A stretch of DNA of 60,072 nucleotides, filler included, from Hausera hauseri (taxonomy: Eukaryota): assembly GCA_046269625.1 (NCBI GenBank). It is 10 parts of 10 records of this genome, joined end to end, with 100 filler letters (N's around TTAATTAATTAA, not from the genome) between each part and the next. Parts side by side here need not be neighbours in the genome. Positions count along the whole stretch, not along the records: positions 8,525 to 13,505 come from JBJURY010371925.1; positions 13,606 to 17,814 come from JBJURY010700438.1; positions 17,915 to 22,401 come from JBJURY010557674.1; positions 22,502 to 26,858 come from JBJURY010619664.1; 6 more parts are not named here. One strand, given 5' to 3'. The translations under genes and the position numbers were made by a program. Shown here piece by piece: positions 10,306 through 22,554 of the stretch. Positions within the stretch are counted from its first letter, which is position 1. Each line of letters opens with the position of its first letter. The notes under the pieces are model-generated. The model was given only the letters and a program-made list of their open reading frames with translations. It was not told the origin of the DNA and made no database searches.

Positions 10306-10965
10306 AGCTAATGAGCAGACTAAAGAAGCCACACGTAAGACTAAGACAGCACAATGCGTAGGACAAATTATGGGAGTCCGAGACGCCGCCATGTATTTTG
10401 AGTATCTGCAAACGGATGAAGACAGGGAACAGTATGACAAGAATTTAGTACCAATAAGTGAAATGACAACGACGGTTTCAAAACAGAAATGCCCTGTAGG
10501 TAGGCTCAGGAAAATATGAGATGTTTACTATAACGGAGAATTGATTAAAGAATTGAGACAGATGTCAATTTCTATCTTCAGCGCAGACAACGAAGAATTA
10601 AGCGAGTTAATGAAAAATCTAATACGCATCGTAAATTATTCAAGCCTCCATGGTGACGTATTAGACGAAAAAGAAAAAGCGATATTTAACGCAGCAAAAA
10701 CGATGAAGATCATGGTGAAGAATGCAATAGAAGAGCTAAGGAAAGTATTAGTGTACTTAGCTATTAAGAGAAATCCCAGTAAAGAGAATGAATTTAATAG
10801 AGCTACAAGCTTGATAAGAAAAACAGCTAGAAAACTGCCTCGAGAAATAAACTGGCTACGACTATTCGATAAAAAAGAAGATAAACGATCCAGCAATAGT
10901 AACCGACTCGAAGACGTGTTACAAAATCTCACAACAACGGAAAATAACAACCATAGAAAGGAGTC

Positions 10966-12625
10966 CAATTGGCTAATCAACTTACTCACCTTGATGATAT
11001 TGGTAAAACAGATAGGTGCCCTTACCATCTATGACTGCAATAAATTTAAACTTGGACAGAAATACTGCTTAATGGATTTAGAGGCGTGCGAAGATGCCAG
11101 ATCGCATAAACTAGAGAAAGGAGAAAAGTTATTTTCTATACCAACAACAAGAATTGATATCATTGGATGGAATGAAATGTATGTTACGGCGATCATGTAG
11201 CATTTTCCACTCTGGGTTAATACACGGACATTCGCCGATAATTAAACCGACGACTCACCTAATTCCAATGAACTTAGAACGACAACATTGTAAAGAGGCA
11301 AGGGAAACAGGAAGATTAAAGTGGGATGGTATGGAACTGGAAATTCAACCTGGAAAGATAATTAGAGCATATAAAGTAGTGGCTGGGAGGCTAGATATGT
11401 ATAACGGACAGTGTAATGAAAATCAAAAATGCCATTTACAAGACGGAACATGTGCTTTTAGAAGTTCTGTTATAATAAGGGAACCCCCTTCAGGAAGAAA
11501 TTGTAATTTTATCAAAATCAAGGAATTAAAATTTAATGAAACTACCGGAAACTGATATGTGGATAAATCTGATAGCAACTCAAGAACAGGCGAGGACGTG
11601 GCAGAACATCCTACACTTACTATTTTGACCGCCGATCCGCATGGACTAAAATTTTTTAAAAGGGAGATGATCCCACTTTGCGAAATTGTGATGTTCGCCA
11701 TTAATTATGAAGCAGAAACGGAAATAAGTGCAAATACTTACAACCTTGAGACGCAAGGTATTCGTATTGAAGATTACCTAAAAAATCAAGACGATTTTTA
11801 CTACAGAGTGCAAATCGGAATTACCGAATTAAATCACAAAATGATAAAGAATAATTGTAAATTGGATATGGAAATCATGAGGACAAAATTAGCTCTTATC
11901 TACGCTAACCATGATTTAGCATCGCCAATAATTCTGATGAGAGAAGGAATTTTCGGTCGAGTTACCGGTGAAGTCTTATTGACTTATGAATGTGAGAAAC
12001 GAGACGTACCAATCAATGTCGAAGAAAAACGGTGCGTACAAGAACTCCCCCTTATTTATCAGAACACTCAATGCTTAGCCATGCCGCTTACTAGAGTATT
12101 ATTAGATAATGCTACCGAACCAACGATCCTTAAGGAATGTAAGGCAAGTTTAGTAGAACTCATGTAGCGAAACGGATTGGGTAAGCTTGCCAAATGAAGG
12201 TATTAATGTCGCTCGAAATTCAGTTAACAGGAACTAACCTAGTAAAAGGGATAACGGACGACAAATTCCAAGCACCTCATCAAAAGGTATTATAGACCAA
12301 AGGAAATTGATGCGTTCAGACAATTTCGTGCCTTTCCGCGACAACGAACGCATACATTAAACCGAGCCATAGCCTAAGTAGTACATGATACTCGATATCA
12401 AGCTAAATTACCATTACCAACGACTAACCACGGAAATACTCTATAAAATATTAGGAAGATTTGTAATTTTTGGACAAGCTGCATCTGGATTTTTAACCAT
12501 TTACTTTTTAGTCCAATTAATTAAAGCGGTAATCCAAGCTATTATAAACTGATATGAAATATTCACATTGACAGGATTCTCCTGCAAAATTTTTACCGCA
12601 ATCATCACACCCTTCGGAAAGATGC
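10966..12625 (+). pseudogene. env: Chuvirus-like envelope glycoprotein (presumed class III fusogen), frameshifted
   Basis: Signal NWLINLLTLMILVKQIGA then LTIYDC...LMDLEAC (11021); VAGRLDMYNGQC; GEVLLTYEC..CVQELPL..PLTRVL; Y.PKEIDAFRQFRAFP..TLN; C-terminal FGQAASGFLTIYFLVQLIKAVIQAIIN*YEIFTLTGFS. All match, in order, the chuviral G motifs as I recall them. Confidence 0.85.
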
Positions 12626-13289
12626 TTAAGGCATACGAAGAAAATCGATGGATAAATGTTGTAGAACGCCATGTCGGATATTATAATCGTAAACGACGAG
12701 GCAGACCCTCGATTCTCAATAAACGCAAAAATAAAAAGTCAATAATGCGGAAAGACGAATCAGATGATGACGAGCCTAAGGGAGGAGAAGTGAATTCCAG
12801 AATGAAGACGCACAAGATGTACTCAGTGATTAACTCACCGTTACCTATCATGCCGCCAGCAGCACCAATATATGAGGAGTGCAACCACGAATAGATCGTA
12901 TCATGTGGGTCCGAAATTTATCAAAGTCCCATAAACTATGAAGACCGTTACGAAAAGACAAAACAATATGTAGTACTACGGAAAATGAATGTTATCAACC
13001 AAGGGCAAACCTAAAACAACCACGAAATATTGTACTCAAAAAGAATACAGCGTAACATAGAATCGAAATAAACGATCTGGGAAAACCCAAAATTGTGTTT
13101 ACGAACTCACGAAACGCATATCGACAGTCGCGCCAATGAGATGGTGAATAATAATTTATACCCCAGTGGAGAATTAAGCCAATTGAGGCAAGATACTATT
13201 TCATCTCCAGAGATAACAATAAATGGACACAGAGTCTCTACTATAAAACGGTCAAAGGCAGTGTCAAATTGTTTTGGAACAGTAGTAGA

Positions 13290-13505
13290 AAAGAGGCCCT
13301 TCGCTAAAATACACATCGAAGATTAGGAAATGTATGCACTAATCGACACAAGATCAGAAAAATCATTCGTAAAATATGAATCCATACCAACCACTTTACG
13401 AGACCAACTATGTCCACCGCATCATCAGACCCAGGTAGCGTAGGAGCATTTGGGCAAGTATCGAAGCCGACATTTAACTGGACTGCTACCGTCCATATGA
13501 TGGGC
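13290..13505 (+). pseudogene. Retropepsin (aspartic protease) fragment
   Basis: KRPFAKIHIED*EMYALIDTRSEKSFV (DTR at 13345-13353, one base from DTG) ...GSVGAFGQVSKPTFNW. Confidence 0.85.
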
Positions 13506-13605
13506 NNNNNNNNNNNNNNNNNNNNNNNNNNNNNNNNNNNNNNNNNNNNTTAATTAATTAANNNNNNNNNNNNNNNNNNNNNNNNNNNNNNNNNNNNNNN
13601 NNNNN
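13506..13605. other. Artificial scaffold linker
   Basis: N44-TTAATTAATTAA-N44. Confidence 0.98.
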
Positions 13606-14306
13606 TAGCGCGTTTGCAAAAGTTCATGAACTCGTTGCAGCTGTTCCGAATAGAGGTTAGCATCTATTGCGTGATCCTCTGGAATGAGTTTTAAGTGCAG
13701 TACTCCCTCAAAATTCCACCAGACGTCCTGCATAATCTTCCTTTCAAATCGCCTTCTTCGAACAACCGGGACTGCTGATTGACTGGGCATCAACCATTTA
13801 TTATCCTTGTAGGGATTGCTTAAATAAATCCATTTTTCATCCACAGTCACAAATCGTTTCCAGAATCGGGCATCCTGAGTATTGGCAAGGAGTTGTTGAC
13901 AGATGTCCATACGACGTTGAGCATTCGCTGGAGTTAATTCATGTATAATTTCTCGATAGCGTCTGTTGCGGAACCAAAGTTGCTGGAGATGGCGATAAAT
14001 GGTGGTATAATGGGGACCAAGTTCTTTTGACAATCTGCGTGTACTGGTGGCTGGCTGGTTTTTCGCTGTTTGTATCAGTGCTGTGTTGTCAAATGTGGAT
14101 GGGCATCCGGATCGGGTTTTGTCTTCGAGGCTTGTGTCAACTTCATTGAAGCGCTTGAACCATTCTGCTGCTGTAGTCTTGTTGACGACCCTTTCACCTT
14201 TCACTGCACAAACTACCTCGGCTGCAGTTCTTATGCTGAGCCCTTTTTTCCAATAGTGACGCAATTTTTTCATCACACATTGCGATACAGTAGATCGAAT
14301 AAGCAA
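13606..14306 (-). mobile_element. mariner transposase fragment, cut by scaffold end
   Basis: WFKRF..DTSLEDKTRSGCPS, IIHELT (WVPHEL-like), VTVDEKWIY, VWWNFEGVLH, YSEQLQRV. Confidence 0.9.
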
Positions 14307-14529
14307 CAGCTGCAGTGACTTGCGTGGAAAATTCTAGAAATAAGGATGTAATTGATGCATTTTTTTCTTGAATNNNNNNNNNNTAAGTGATTCGTTATCT
14401 AATTTATTCTATGTCTGAACCTACATCTTGTTCATAATCCTCGTTAATCATGTCCATATCTTAAAATCTCAAGTAATCAGTTTTCTAAATTTGGCGAGTT
14501 ACACGTTATTGAACATGACTATACATATA

Positions 14530-16146
14530 CAGTAGTGGCGGAAAATCTACTACCTTTTAGTTTTCTGCGCATATTTTCGTTTAAACTCAATGTATTTGGT
14601 TGCAATTTAAATATGCTATCTATTAAGCCGCGGAGAGTACTGTACAGAGTGTCATTAAACTTCTGCAAGCGATTTTCAAAATAGAATAGGTTTATTTATT
14701 TTTTTATCAAATAAAGTACAGTCAGCAGATTGAATTCAATATTGCAAAATGCTGCAAACGTAACATAAAGTGTAACTTTGCACACATGTATTGTGAATCT
14801 AGTACTTTGTAGGAAAGACTCGAGCATCAACTGCAGCTTGGCATTTTCGGGACATGGAGTCGATTAGGTTGTCAATGACGCTCTGAAGGATTTTCTTCCA
14901 CTCCTTCTCAAGCTGACGGAACTTCTCATCCACATTTTTGGCATGAACACTTTTCGGGCGACGGTCTAACATCCCAGATATGTTCAATGGGATTGAGGTC
15001 CGGGGATAGGCTTGGCCACTTCATAACCTTCATTCTCCGTTGGTCGAACCATTTGCGCACTAGGCCTGATGAGTGTTTAGGATTACGTTCGTGCTGGAAA
15101 ATGAACCAACGTTCAAAAACATGACGTGCATATGGCAGCATGACCTTATCGAGGATTTCCACATACTCCTCTTTTTTCATGATGCCACTGATATGATGCA
15201 GAGGACCAACTTCGCGAGCACTGAAGCAACCCCACATCATAACTGAACCTCCTCCATGCTTGACAGCAGGAATCTGGTACTTTGGATCGAAGCCTTTGCC
15301 TTTAGGACGACCATCACTTCCAAACAGCATGAACTTTTACTCGTCGCTCCAGAGGGCCTCCTACTATTGCTAAGGAGTCCACGTGAGGTGGTCATGTGCA
15401 AACACTAGTCGAGCTCTTCTGTTCTTCAAAGAAACCAGCGGTTTTATGGTGAGGCATCGTCCCTGGAGTCCAGCTGTCTGTAGACGACGTCGAACAGTTC
15501 GGATGGACACTTTAACTCCATCGTTCTCAGCTAGTTTACTGGAAATTTCAACTGCTGTCAGCAGGGGGTTGCTTCACGACAGTCGGAGCAGTGTTCTGTC
15601 TACCAATGTGTTGGTGATACGTGGTCTTCCAAGGTTCTTCTTCTTCTCAACTTTTCCCCTTATCTATACTCTCTTCAAAAGCTTCGATATTGTTGTTCCT
15701 GAGACACTGAACTGCTTAGCAAGCTTCCGCTTCATACCTTAACGCCGTCCATTGAAGATCGCCTCCATTACTTCAGTCGACAGGTTATTGCTACCAAAGT
15801 TACGGGCCATACGTCCAAGAATAACACAAAAATAACAAAATTATATCCAACCAAATCACAACAAAACTGTTTTAAATAACTATATTTGATGACACCAACG
15901 TTTCGATTAACAATATGTAATCTTTCTCAAATCTTTATGGCTTAATTAGTTTACTTGGATATCTGTTATTTTCAGCCAATGAAAACAATGAAAATTACTC
16001 TACCATACCGGAAAGTTATATAATAATAAGGTTGAAACTTTCAATTTTGATTCAACTTAAATAAAATTAATTAACGGGAATAAAATTGAGTTTAAACGAA
16101 AATATTCGCAAAAAACTAAAATGTGATAGATTTTCGGCCGCTAATG
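14530..16146 (-). mobile_element. Full-length degenerate Tc1-family transposon with ~60-bp imperfect TIRs and TA target duplication
   Basis: TA|CAGTAGTGGCGGAAAATCTA...TTTAAACTCAAT versus ATTGAGTTTAAA...TAGATTTTCGGCCGCTAATG|TA. Confidence 0.92.
14799..15810 (-). pseudogene. Tc1 transposase pseudogene
   Basis: WSDE, VKHGGGSVMMWGCF, QHERNPKH (degenerate QDND), WPSLSPDLNPIEHIW, PTKY*; stops and frameshifts. Confidence 0.92.
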
Positions 16147-17814
16147 TATGTTTTGTTACCATATTAACCTTATCCTAATTATAAAATATGAAAACCAATT
16201 GAAAATTAAAAACAAATCTCATTAAACTTAAACGTGATGTTTCTAAATTTGCAAACCACTTTGCCGGTAAGGTATTTTTTTAATTTTTGCTTAATGTTTT
16301 TCTTTAATTATTCGTTTATCAATATAGATATCTATTTATTTTTTTGGTTTCGGTGAGGTTCATTGTATTAATATAGTTTTTCACCGTTTTTTCTGTCTGC
16401 AATCAATGAGTAAATACTAGCTTGTTGCCAATATTATTCGTTAGACTTAATTTGCATTGGCCGTTAAAATGGCAAACGGATTTCCGTTTTTGTTTTTCAC
16501 TGAGAATCCTTAATATGTCGTTTAGAGCTTGTATTTAAACGACTCTTGCTCTTAATAGACGTCATTGTTATTAAGGTATTAAATTTCAGCTACTGTTGAC
16601 GTTGAGATTTAAAATTCAAAATATGAATTAAAACCAAAATGCTCAAAACGATGTCGAGCAAAATAAAAACATGAACCTCACTTTAAATTAAAATGTGACA
16701 TGTTTGCATCTGAATGAGTTAAAGAAAGTGATTTTTAAAACAATGAAAAATGTATTATCAAAATATATCTACATTGAAAGCAAAATGGAACCAAACAGTT
16801 TTGTCTCCCAGTGAATTGCTCTGGTGTATTTTATTCAAGTTGGCACAGAAAGCAGCACCTTAGACAGCTTTCAGCTGTTTCTACAAGGCAAAAGTGGTAT
16901 CTAATCGGCAAGTCAGGATTAAGAAATCATGCCACTACAGCAAAAAGAGTCCACTGGTTTATATAAGCTTCCAAATCAGTGCTTCCAAAGAAGCTTTAAA
17001 GTTTTCAACACTGACATTTTTTAAAGAAAATGGAAATATTATGTATACATATTGGCAAAAGTGTTCCTAACGCAGTATCCAAATAGTGATTGATCAGTTT
17101 GGCTGATGACTTTCATAAATCACGAGATAAACTTAACTTTTACAATATGGAGTAGACTGAAAACAGGTGAGTTTTATGAGCAACTCAAAACATGCCTCAG
17201 TTATTTAAATAGGTAATTTTACTTTTGTTACTACTCAAGACTAATTTACTGTAATAACACTAAAATATTATATAGTAAAAAAACAGATTAAATAGAAACT
17301 GTTGATATCAAAAACATGCTAGCCTGTTTCAAAAGTAGTTTTCCTCCCAAAAAGCTTGCTGATGAGTCCTTCCACCAAAACATAGCTCTTAATATGCCCT
17401 TAAGATGGCGGACTCCCAGTTCTCTCCTCCAGGATTTGCAGAAAGCCACATCAAGCTGAACTCCACTGTGGGTTTTTGAATGTGGTTTTAAATGCCAAAA
17501 AGCCCTACTCTAATATTTCAGTGGGATTGACTTTGCACCTCGTTTTTGAAGCACATACAATTCTTAATTGAATTTCGTCAGCATTTATAGCTTACATTTT
17601 TATGTCACCTAGAGTGATAAAGAGAGAGAAACATCTGTGCACCTCTGCAATTCGAAATTCTAAATATATATTGGAAGACACTCAAATTGTATGTTAAAAG
17701 GTTAACTGAAGAGACTGACACACACATTTGAACACACTTTAAGGAAGGCACTTTCTTGTCAGTTGTTGATATAAGAAAAATTATACCAATCATACCACTA
17801 GCGTTTTCACACTA

Positions 17815-17914
17815 NNNNNNNNNNNNNNNNNNNNNNNNNNNNNNNNNNNNNNNNNNNNTTAATTAATTAANNNNNNNNNNNNNNNNNNNNNNNNNNNNNN
17901 NNNNNNNNNNNNNN
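17815..17914. other. Artificial scaffold linker
   Basis: N44-TTAATTAATTAA-N44. Confidence 0.98.
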
Positions 17915-17931
17915 AGCAAACCGATCATAAT

Positions 17932-17949
17932 TGGCGATCAAGCCAGGAC
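17932..17949 (+). promoter_or_regulatory. Primer-binding site, tRNA-Arg type
   Basis: TGGCGATCAAGCCAGGAC lies a few bases after a ..CA and just before an ATG (17952); resembles the complement of the tRNA-Arg(ACG) 3' end (TGGCGATCCTGCCAGGA). Confidence 0.55.
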
Positions 17950-19289
17950 AATGAGACCGGGTAATACTAGGCTTCCAGATTATAACGAACATTTCGCAAA
18001 CACTATGATGCCTTACTTCGGCCATTTGATAGTTCATTTACGGATAAAGTAAGACGATTGCTGGAAGATATGATACACGCTAACAAATTTTTTGACGGTC
18101 ATTTGTGGATCTGTGTGAAATATTGTTAACAGAACATGCCAGAATTCTGTGGATGGATTTTAAACAAAAAAGGCGAACCAACCGCCGGACAAAGAGGCCA
18201 TAGTATGGTTTAAAACTATGTTTATGAGAAAGGTGAACCCTGTGGATGAGGTATTCGAATTGGCTAACATGTGTCAAAAAGAAGGAAAAAAGTTTTTAAC
18301 ATTTGATATCAGGGTGCGCCAAGTAATCGATAAAATTTTTGAATTATACAAAGAAGAATTCGTTCAAGATGTTCTGAAAAAACGAATTACTTCAAAAGTG
18401 TTAAGACAGCGGCTTGTTTTCAAACCAAAAATGACGGTAGAAGAGATGGAGGAGGCGACTAAAATTTTGGGAAATAACCAAACCGTAGAGGAGTATAGAG
18501 AAATGGCTTCAGTAAAGAAATCCATCCTGAATGTGACAAAGGCTCCCAACAGAAATCTCGGAAAGACACCGTACGTGAAACCCATGGAATTACAGAAGAC
18601 CGGTCATACACAACAGTGGAACAGAATATCCGAGAAAAAAACGTTCGAAAAAAGATCGATAAACAATAATATTGTTCAGGACAGAAAACCACCTTTTCGG
18701 TTTGATCAGCGATAGGAGAAGACAGGCTCCATCGCACTCTGTGTATCATGAAGCCAGAAAGCTCTACTGCCGCATGAAATAGTTACTAGAGCCGATAGAG
18801 GAAGTTCATTCTAAGGGTGATTATTATTACTTTCAAAATCATGGGCACATTAGGAGAAACCGGGTGGACACGGATTTAGAAACTGTTTCAAATTACGACA
18901 GGTAAATCTGATATGTGTGGAAGAGATGTATGAAGACCATGGGGATGAAATTGTGCCGTATGAAGACGACATACAGGAAACTTTAAACACCAGAAACTCT
19001 GCAGTGAGCATTTCGTCAGTAGAGTTGGCGTATGAAATTTACAAAATCGAGAGGCAGCAATGGTAGTGGGGAAAGACGGACGGTGGTGCAGTGAAGTGAA
19101 GTTGAACAAGGGTGGAATAAAAATGTTGTTGGATAGTGGGATAGTGTGTCAGTAATCAGTGAAAAGATTTGGAACGCGATAGGACAACCTAGACTAATTA
19201 AGTGCGCTTTAATATTGAATGAAACCTTTTTGAAAAGCGGTGGATGTTTGGGAAAGTATAAAGTCACTTTGGCGTTGGATGCTGAAGTA

Positions 19290-19517
19290 CATATCCTCTT
19301 GAGATGCCTGTCCACATTTGGAGGCAGCACTTTCGAAAGGCATATTTTATTTAACAGATGTTTGTGGGGGTTAATTTTCATGTCCACGTATGTTGACTAA
19401 CTAGCGCTTAGTCAACATCCATGGACATGAAAATTAACCGCCACAAACATTTGTTAAATAAAATGTGCCTTTTGAAAGTGCTTTCCCCAAGTGTGTCCGG
19501 AATCTTAAGAGAATAGG
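19290..19517. repeat. Foldback: ~110-bp imperfect inverted arms with a 7-nt loop (MITE-like)
   Basis: Arms 19290-19400 and 19408-19517, e.g. TTAATTTTCATGTCCACGTATGTTGACTAA-ctagcgc-TTAGTCAACATCCATGGACATGAAAATTAA. Confidence 0.85.
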
Positions 19518-20969
19518 ATTGAATTGATAGTAATAAAGACAACCAGATCGGAAGCCATTGCGGTATAGATATTTTAAAGGCATTCGGTGTGAAATTAATG
19601 ACAATGGGCGTAGGTGGATTTCAAATGAGGGAGAGATAGCAGCAGTGACAACAATGGGAATATCGGAAATGGCGGAGGGTCAATTAGTGGAAGTTGTAAA
19701 ACTCTACGATGTGTTTATGAAACATGAGTACTATTTAGGGTTTACGGAGGGTAAACCAATTTTTTGAATCCTAGAAGACAATCATTACATCTGAAAGGTA
19801 AAATTGAATAATATTTGAAAGATTTGGGGAAAGCGAATATTATCCGGAAATGCAAAAGTGAATTTAATTCGCCTTTACTGATCGCTCAAAAGAATAATAG
19901 AGGAATCCAAATTTGTATGGATTTTAGGTAGTTAAATGAAATAGGAAAGAAAATTTCTTTTCTCATGCTTAAAAGCCAGACTCATTTGATGCTTTAGGAG
20001 TATCAAGAATTTCTTCAAGTACTGACCTCAGTAAAGCATATCATCAATTCGCAATGGATGAAAATTCCCAAGAGAAAACAATTTTTTCATGAAATCATAA
20101 CAATACTGTTTTAACCGAATACGATTTGGTCTCTCAACGGCTACGGGAACTTTCCAGAGACTGATGAATGCATTGTTTGGAGATCTACTATTTTCGGATG
20201 TTGTCATGTACTTGGATTACTTACTGATTTACTCAAAGACAATTTCAGAACATTGCAGATTACTAGAAGAAGTGATGAAAGTGTTGAAAAATGCAATTCT
20301 AAAAGTGAATCCCAAAAAGTGTTGATTTGACGTTTCGGAGTTCATATTTCTCAGATATACAATTAATAACCATGTAGTATCAACAAATCAATTAAAGTAA
20401 CAGAGATCCAGAATTTCCCAGTCCCAAAGTGTATGCCATTGTTGGGAGCATTTTTACGTCTGGCAACCTATTACAGAAGGTTTATCAAGAATTACGCGCT
20501 CATTGCGGTACCCTTGCATCAAGCTTGGAAGAGTACTTGTAAAGTGCTGTTATGATCAAAAGAATGTGAGGAAAGCTTAAAGCTGTTGAAGTTGAAGTTA
20601 TGCCAGGCTCTAGTATTAACCTTCGTGGATCCAGCGAAGGATTTTATTTTGCATGCAAACGCATAGTTTGGTGCAATAGGAGCAGTACTCAGCAAGAAAT
20701 AGGAAATGAAGAAAAGGTAGTGGCATATGTCTGTAGAAAATTCTCATTTTTTGAGAAAGGCTACTGCGTTACGAGAAATGAACTGTTGGCATTGCAATAG
20801 TTTATGTTGCATTTTAAACAGTATCTGTATGGTAAACACTTTAAGGTTAGAACTTTGTGAGGAAGAATTTAAACGGATATTAATGTTTAAATTCAAATCA
20901 AAGTTAATTCAATAAATAGCCAATAGAAAGTCAGGAAATTCCGAAAAGGATGAAAATAAGACTCATTTA

Positions 20970-22401
20970 ATGAGTGAAGGAGATAATTGTTATACAAACT
21001 TTTATAACAAATCTGTTACAAATAATTCTATTTTACAATCATCAAGTCAGGTTGAGGTTGAGATGGTAGAGACGCGATCTACTAACATGGAGACCAACGC
21101 TTCAAGAGACTTCTTCGAGAAGAAATTGATGCCAAAAGAATTCCAGAAAGATGACAACGTGGAAATCTTTATTGGAAAATGCGAGAGATACTTCGACTTC
21201 ATAAAGATGTCGGAGGCGGATCGGGAATCTGCGGTCCTGCGCCTACTGGCGGACGAAACATTGGAAAAATACCATTTGGTGAGCCAGAAGATGAAAGGTT
21301 CCCAAAACCGGTTGAAAAGGGCCTTTGCAAAACCCACAATACTGTGCGAAGATCTGCGGGAAGCATTGGAGTACAGAATGAATGGGGCAGAACCGGCCGC
21401 CTACTTCAACAAAATTGAACAGCTGGTAAAGGGCATCCTTAGCCACAAAATAACAGCAAAAGCTCTAACAGAGGCATAAATGATCCACTGTTGCAACAAT
21501 CCAGAAATGAGAAAGGAAATCTGCTACAGTGACAAAAAAGCGTCGAACAAATCAAAGAGAAAATACGGAAAGTGTACGAAGTGGCAACAAAGACAGAAGA
21601 AATAAATACAGTCAGAGAATACACTAGAGAGGGTCTACCGAGTTATCGAGATGTTGTGGTACACAAATTTGACAAACCAAGACAGGAAAAAAGGGACTTC
21701 AAACTTCACAATACGCAGGCAAAGAGTATGATGAAATGCTGGTCATGCCAAAAAGATGAACATACAAGTCGGACATGCAACCTCCAACAAGCACCTCGAT
21801 GTTTTGGTTGAAAGAAAGAAGACATATTAACAGGAATTGCCCAGAAAAAAAAACCGTTAGTATGCTACGGGTGCGGTCAACAAGGGCACATAAGACGAAA
21901 TTGCGTAAACATAAAACGCAATCGATGTCACGATAGAGGGCACAGGAAAAAAGAGTGATATACAAAATTGGACAAGAGCAGAAGAGAACAAAATACGTAT
22001 ACCGACAATTTCAAACGTGCGGGTTATGGTCAGAAAAGATATGGAGAAAGGGCGAAAAGCAGGCATGCATACGTTGCAAATATTGATGAGGACTATGGAG
22101 AATCCATCACAGAGTCGACAAACCCAAAAAGCAGAGCCTCGACAGAAGTGGAGCTAGTCGGGTCATTACATTAAACAAATTCAAAGGCTCCCAAAATATT
22201 TAAAGGAATGGATAAGGCATTGAAGAAATGAAGGAAAAAACAGAGGAAAAGGTACGGAGGTTCATATAAAAGGGATCACTTGGAGACAGAAACGAAGAAG
22301 TACGAATTACAGAAAGTCAAAACAAGAGCCTCCATGAAGAGGGGATTTTTTCCCTGGAAGGACTGTCGGAAAAGCAGATCACGTACGATAAACTACAAGG
22401 A
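20970..22401 (+). mobile_element. gag: Second (nested) Gypsy gag with up to four CCHC zinc knuckles, frameshifted
   Basis: MVETRST..MPKEFQKDDNVEIFIGKCERYF; CWSCQKDEHTSRTC, CFG*KK..H..RNC, CYGCGQQGHIRRNC and a degenerate fourth knuckle. Confidence 0.8.
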
Positions 22402-22501
22402 NNNNNNNNNNNNNNNNNNNNNNNNNNNNNNNNNNNNNNNNNNNNTTAATTAATTAANNNNNNNNNNNNNNNNNNNNNNNNNNNNNNNNNNNNNNNNNNN
22501 N
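22402..22501. other. Artificial scaffold linker
   Basis: N44-TTAATTAATTAA-N44. Confidence 0.98.
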
Positions 22502-22554
22502 TTGTATGATTGTTGATTATAGTTTAATCCAACGCTTTGATACCCTTGTTTTCA

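Larger units (their letters stand above)
9470..13505 (+). mobile_element. Decayed 5' part of a glycoprotein-bearing Gypsy-like retroelement (same family as 1-6985)
   Basis: Continuous degenerate coding: unknown N-terminal region, UBL, signal peptide, chuvirus-like glycoprotein, linker homologous to the 6200-6976 region, aspartic protease cut by the scaffold end. Confidence 0.8.
17915..20855 (+). mobile_element. Heavily decayed Gypsy element (gag, PR, RT, RNase H)
   Basis: gag-like ORF 18218-18715; LLDSGDSVSVISE protease (~19125-19165); AYHQF, FGLSTATGTFQR, YLDYLLIYS in RT; GAVLSK..VVAY..YCVTRNELLA in RNase H. Confidence 0.85.

Noticed and set aside
3768-12552. Alternative genetic code (TGA=Trp, or TAA=Tyr as in the ARMC9 copy)
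   Set aside because: In-frame stops include TGA, TAG and TAA, fall at positions of different residues and co-occur with frameshifts, which is ordinary pseudogene decay.
15383-15742. 119-aa plus-strand ORF
   Set aside because: Antisense to the Tc1 transposase.
16147-17814. Possible transposase remnant
   Set aside because: No motif I could assign in the frames I examined.
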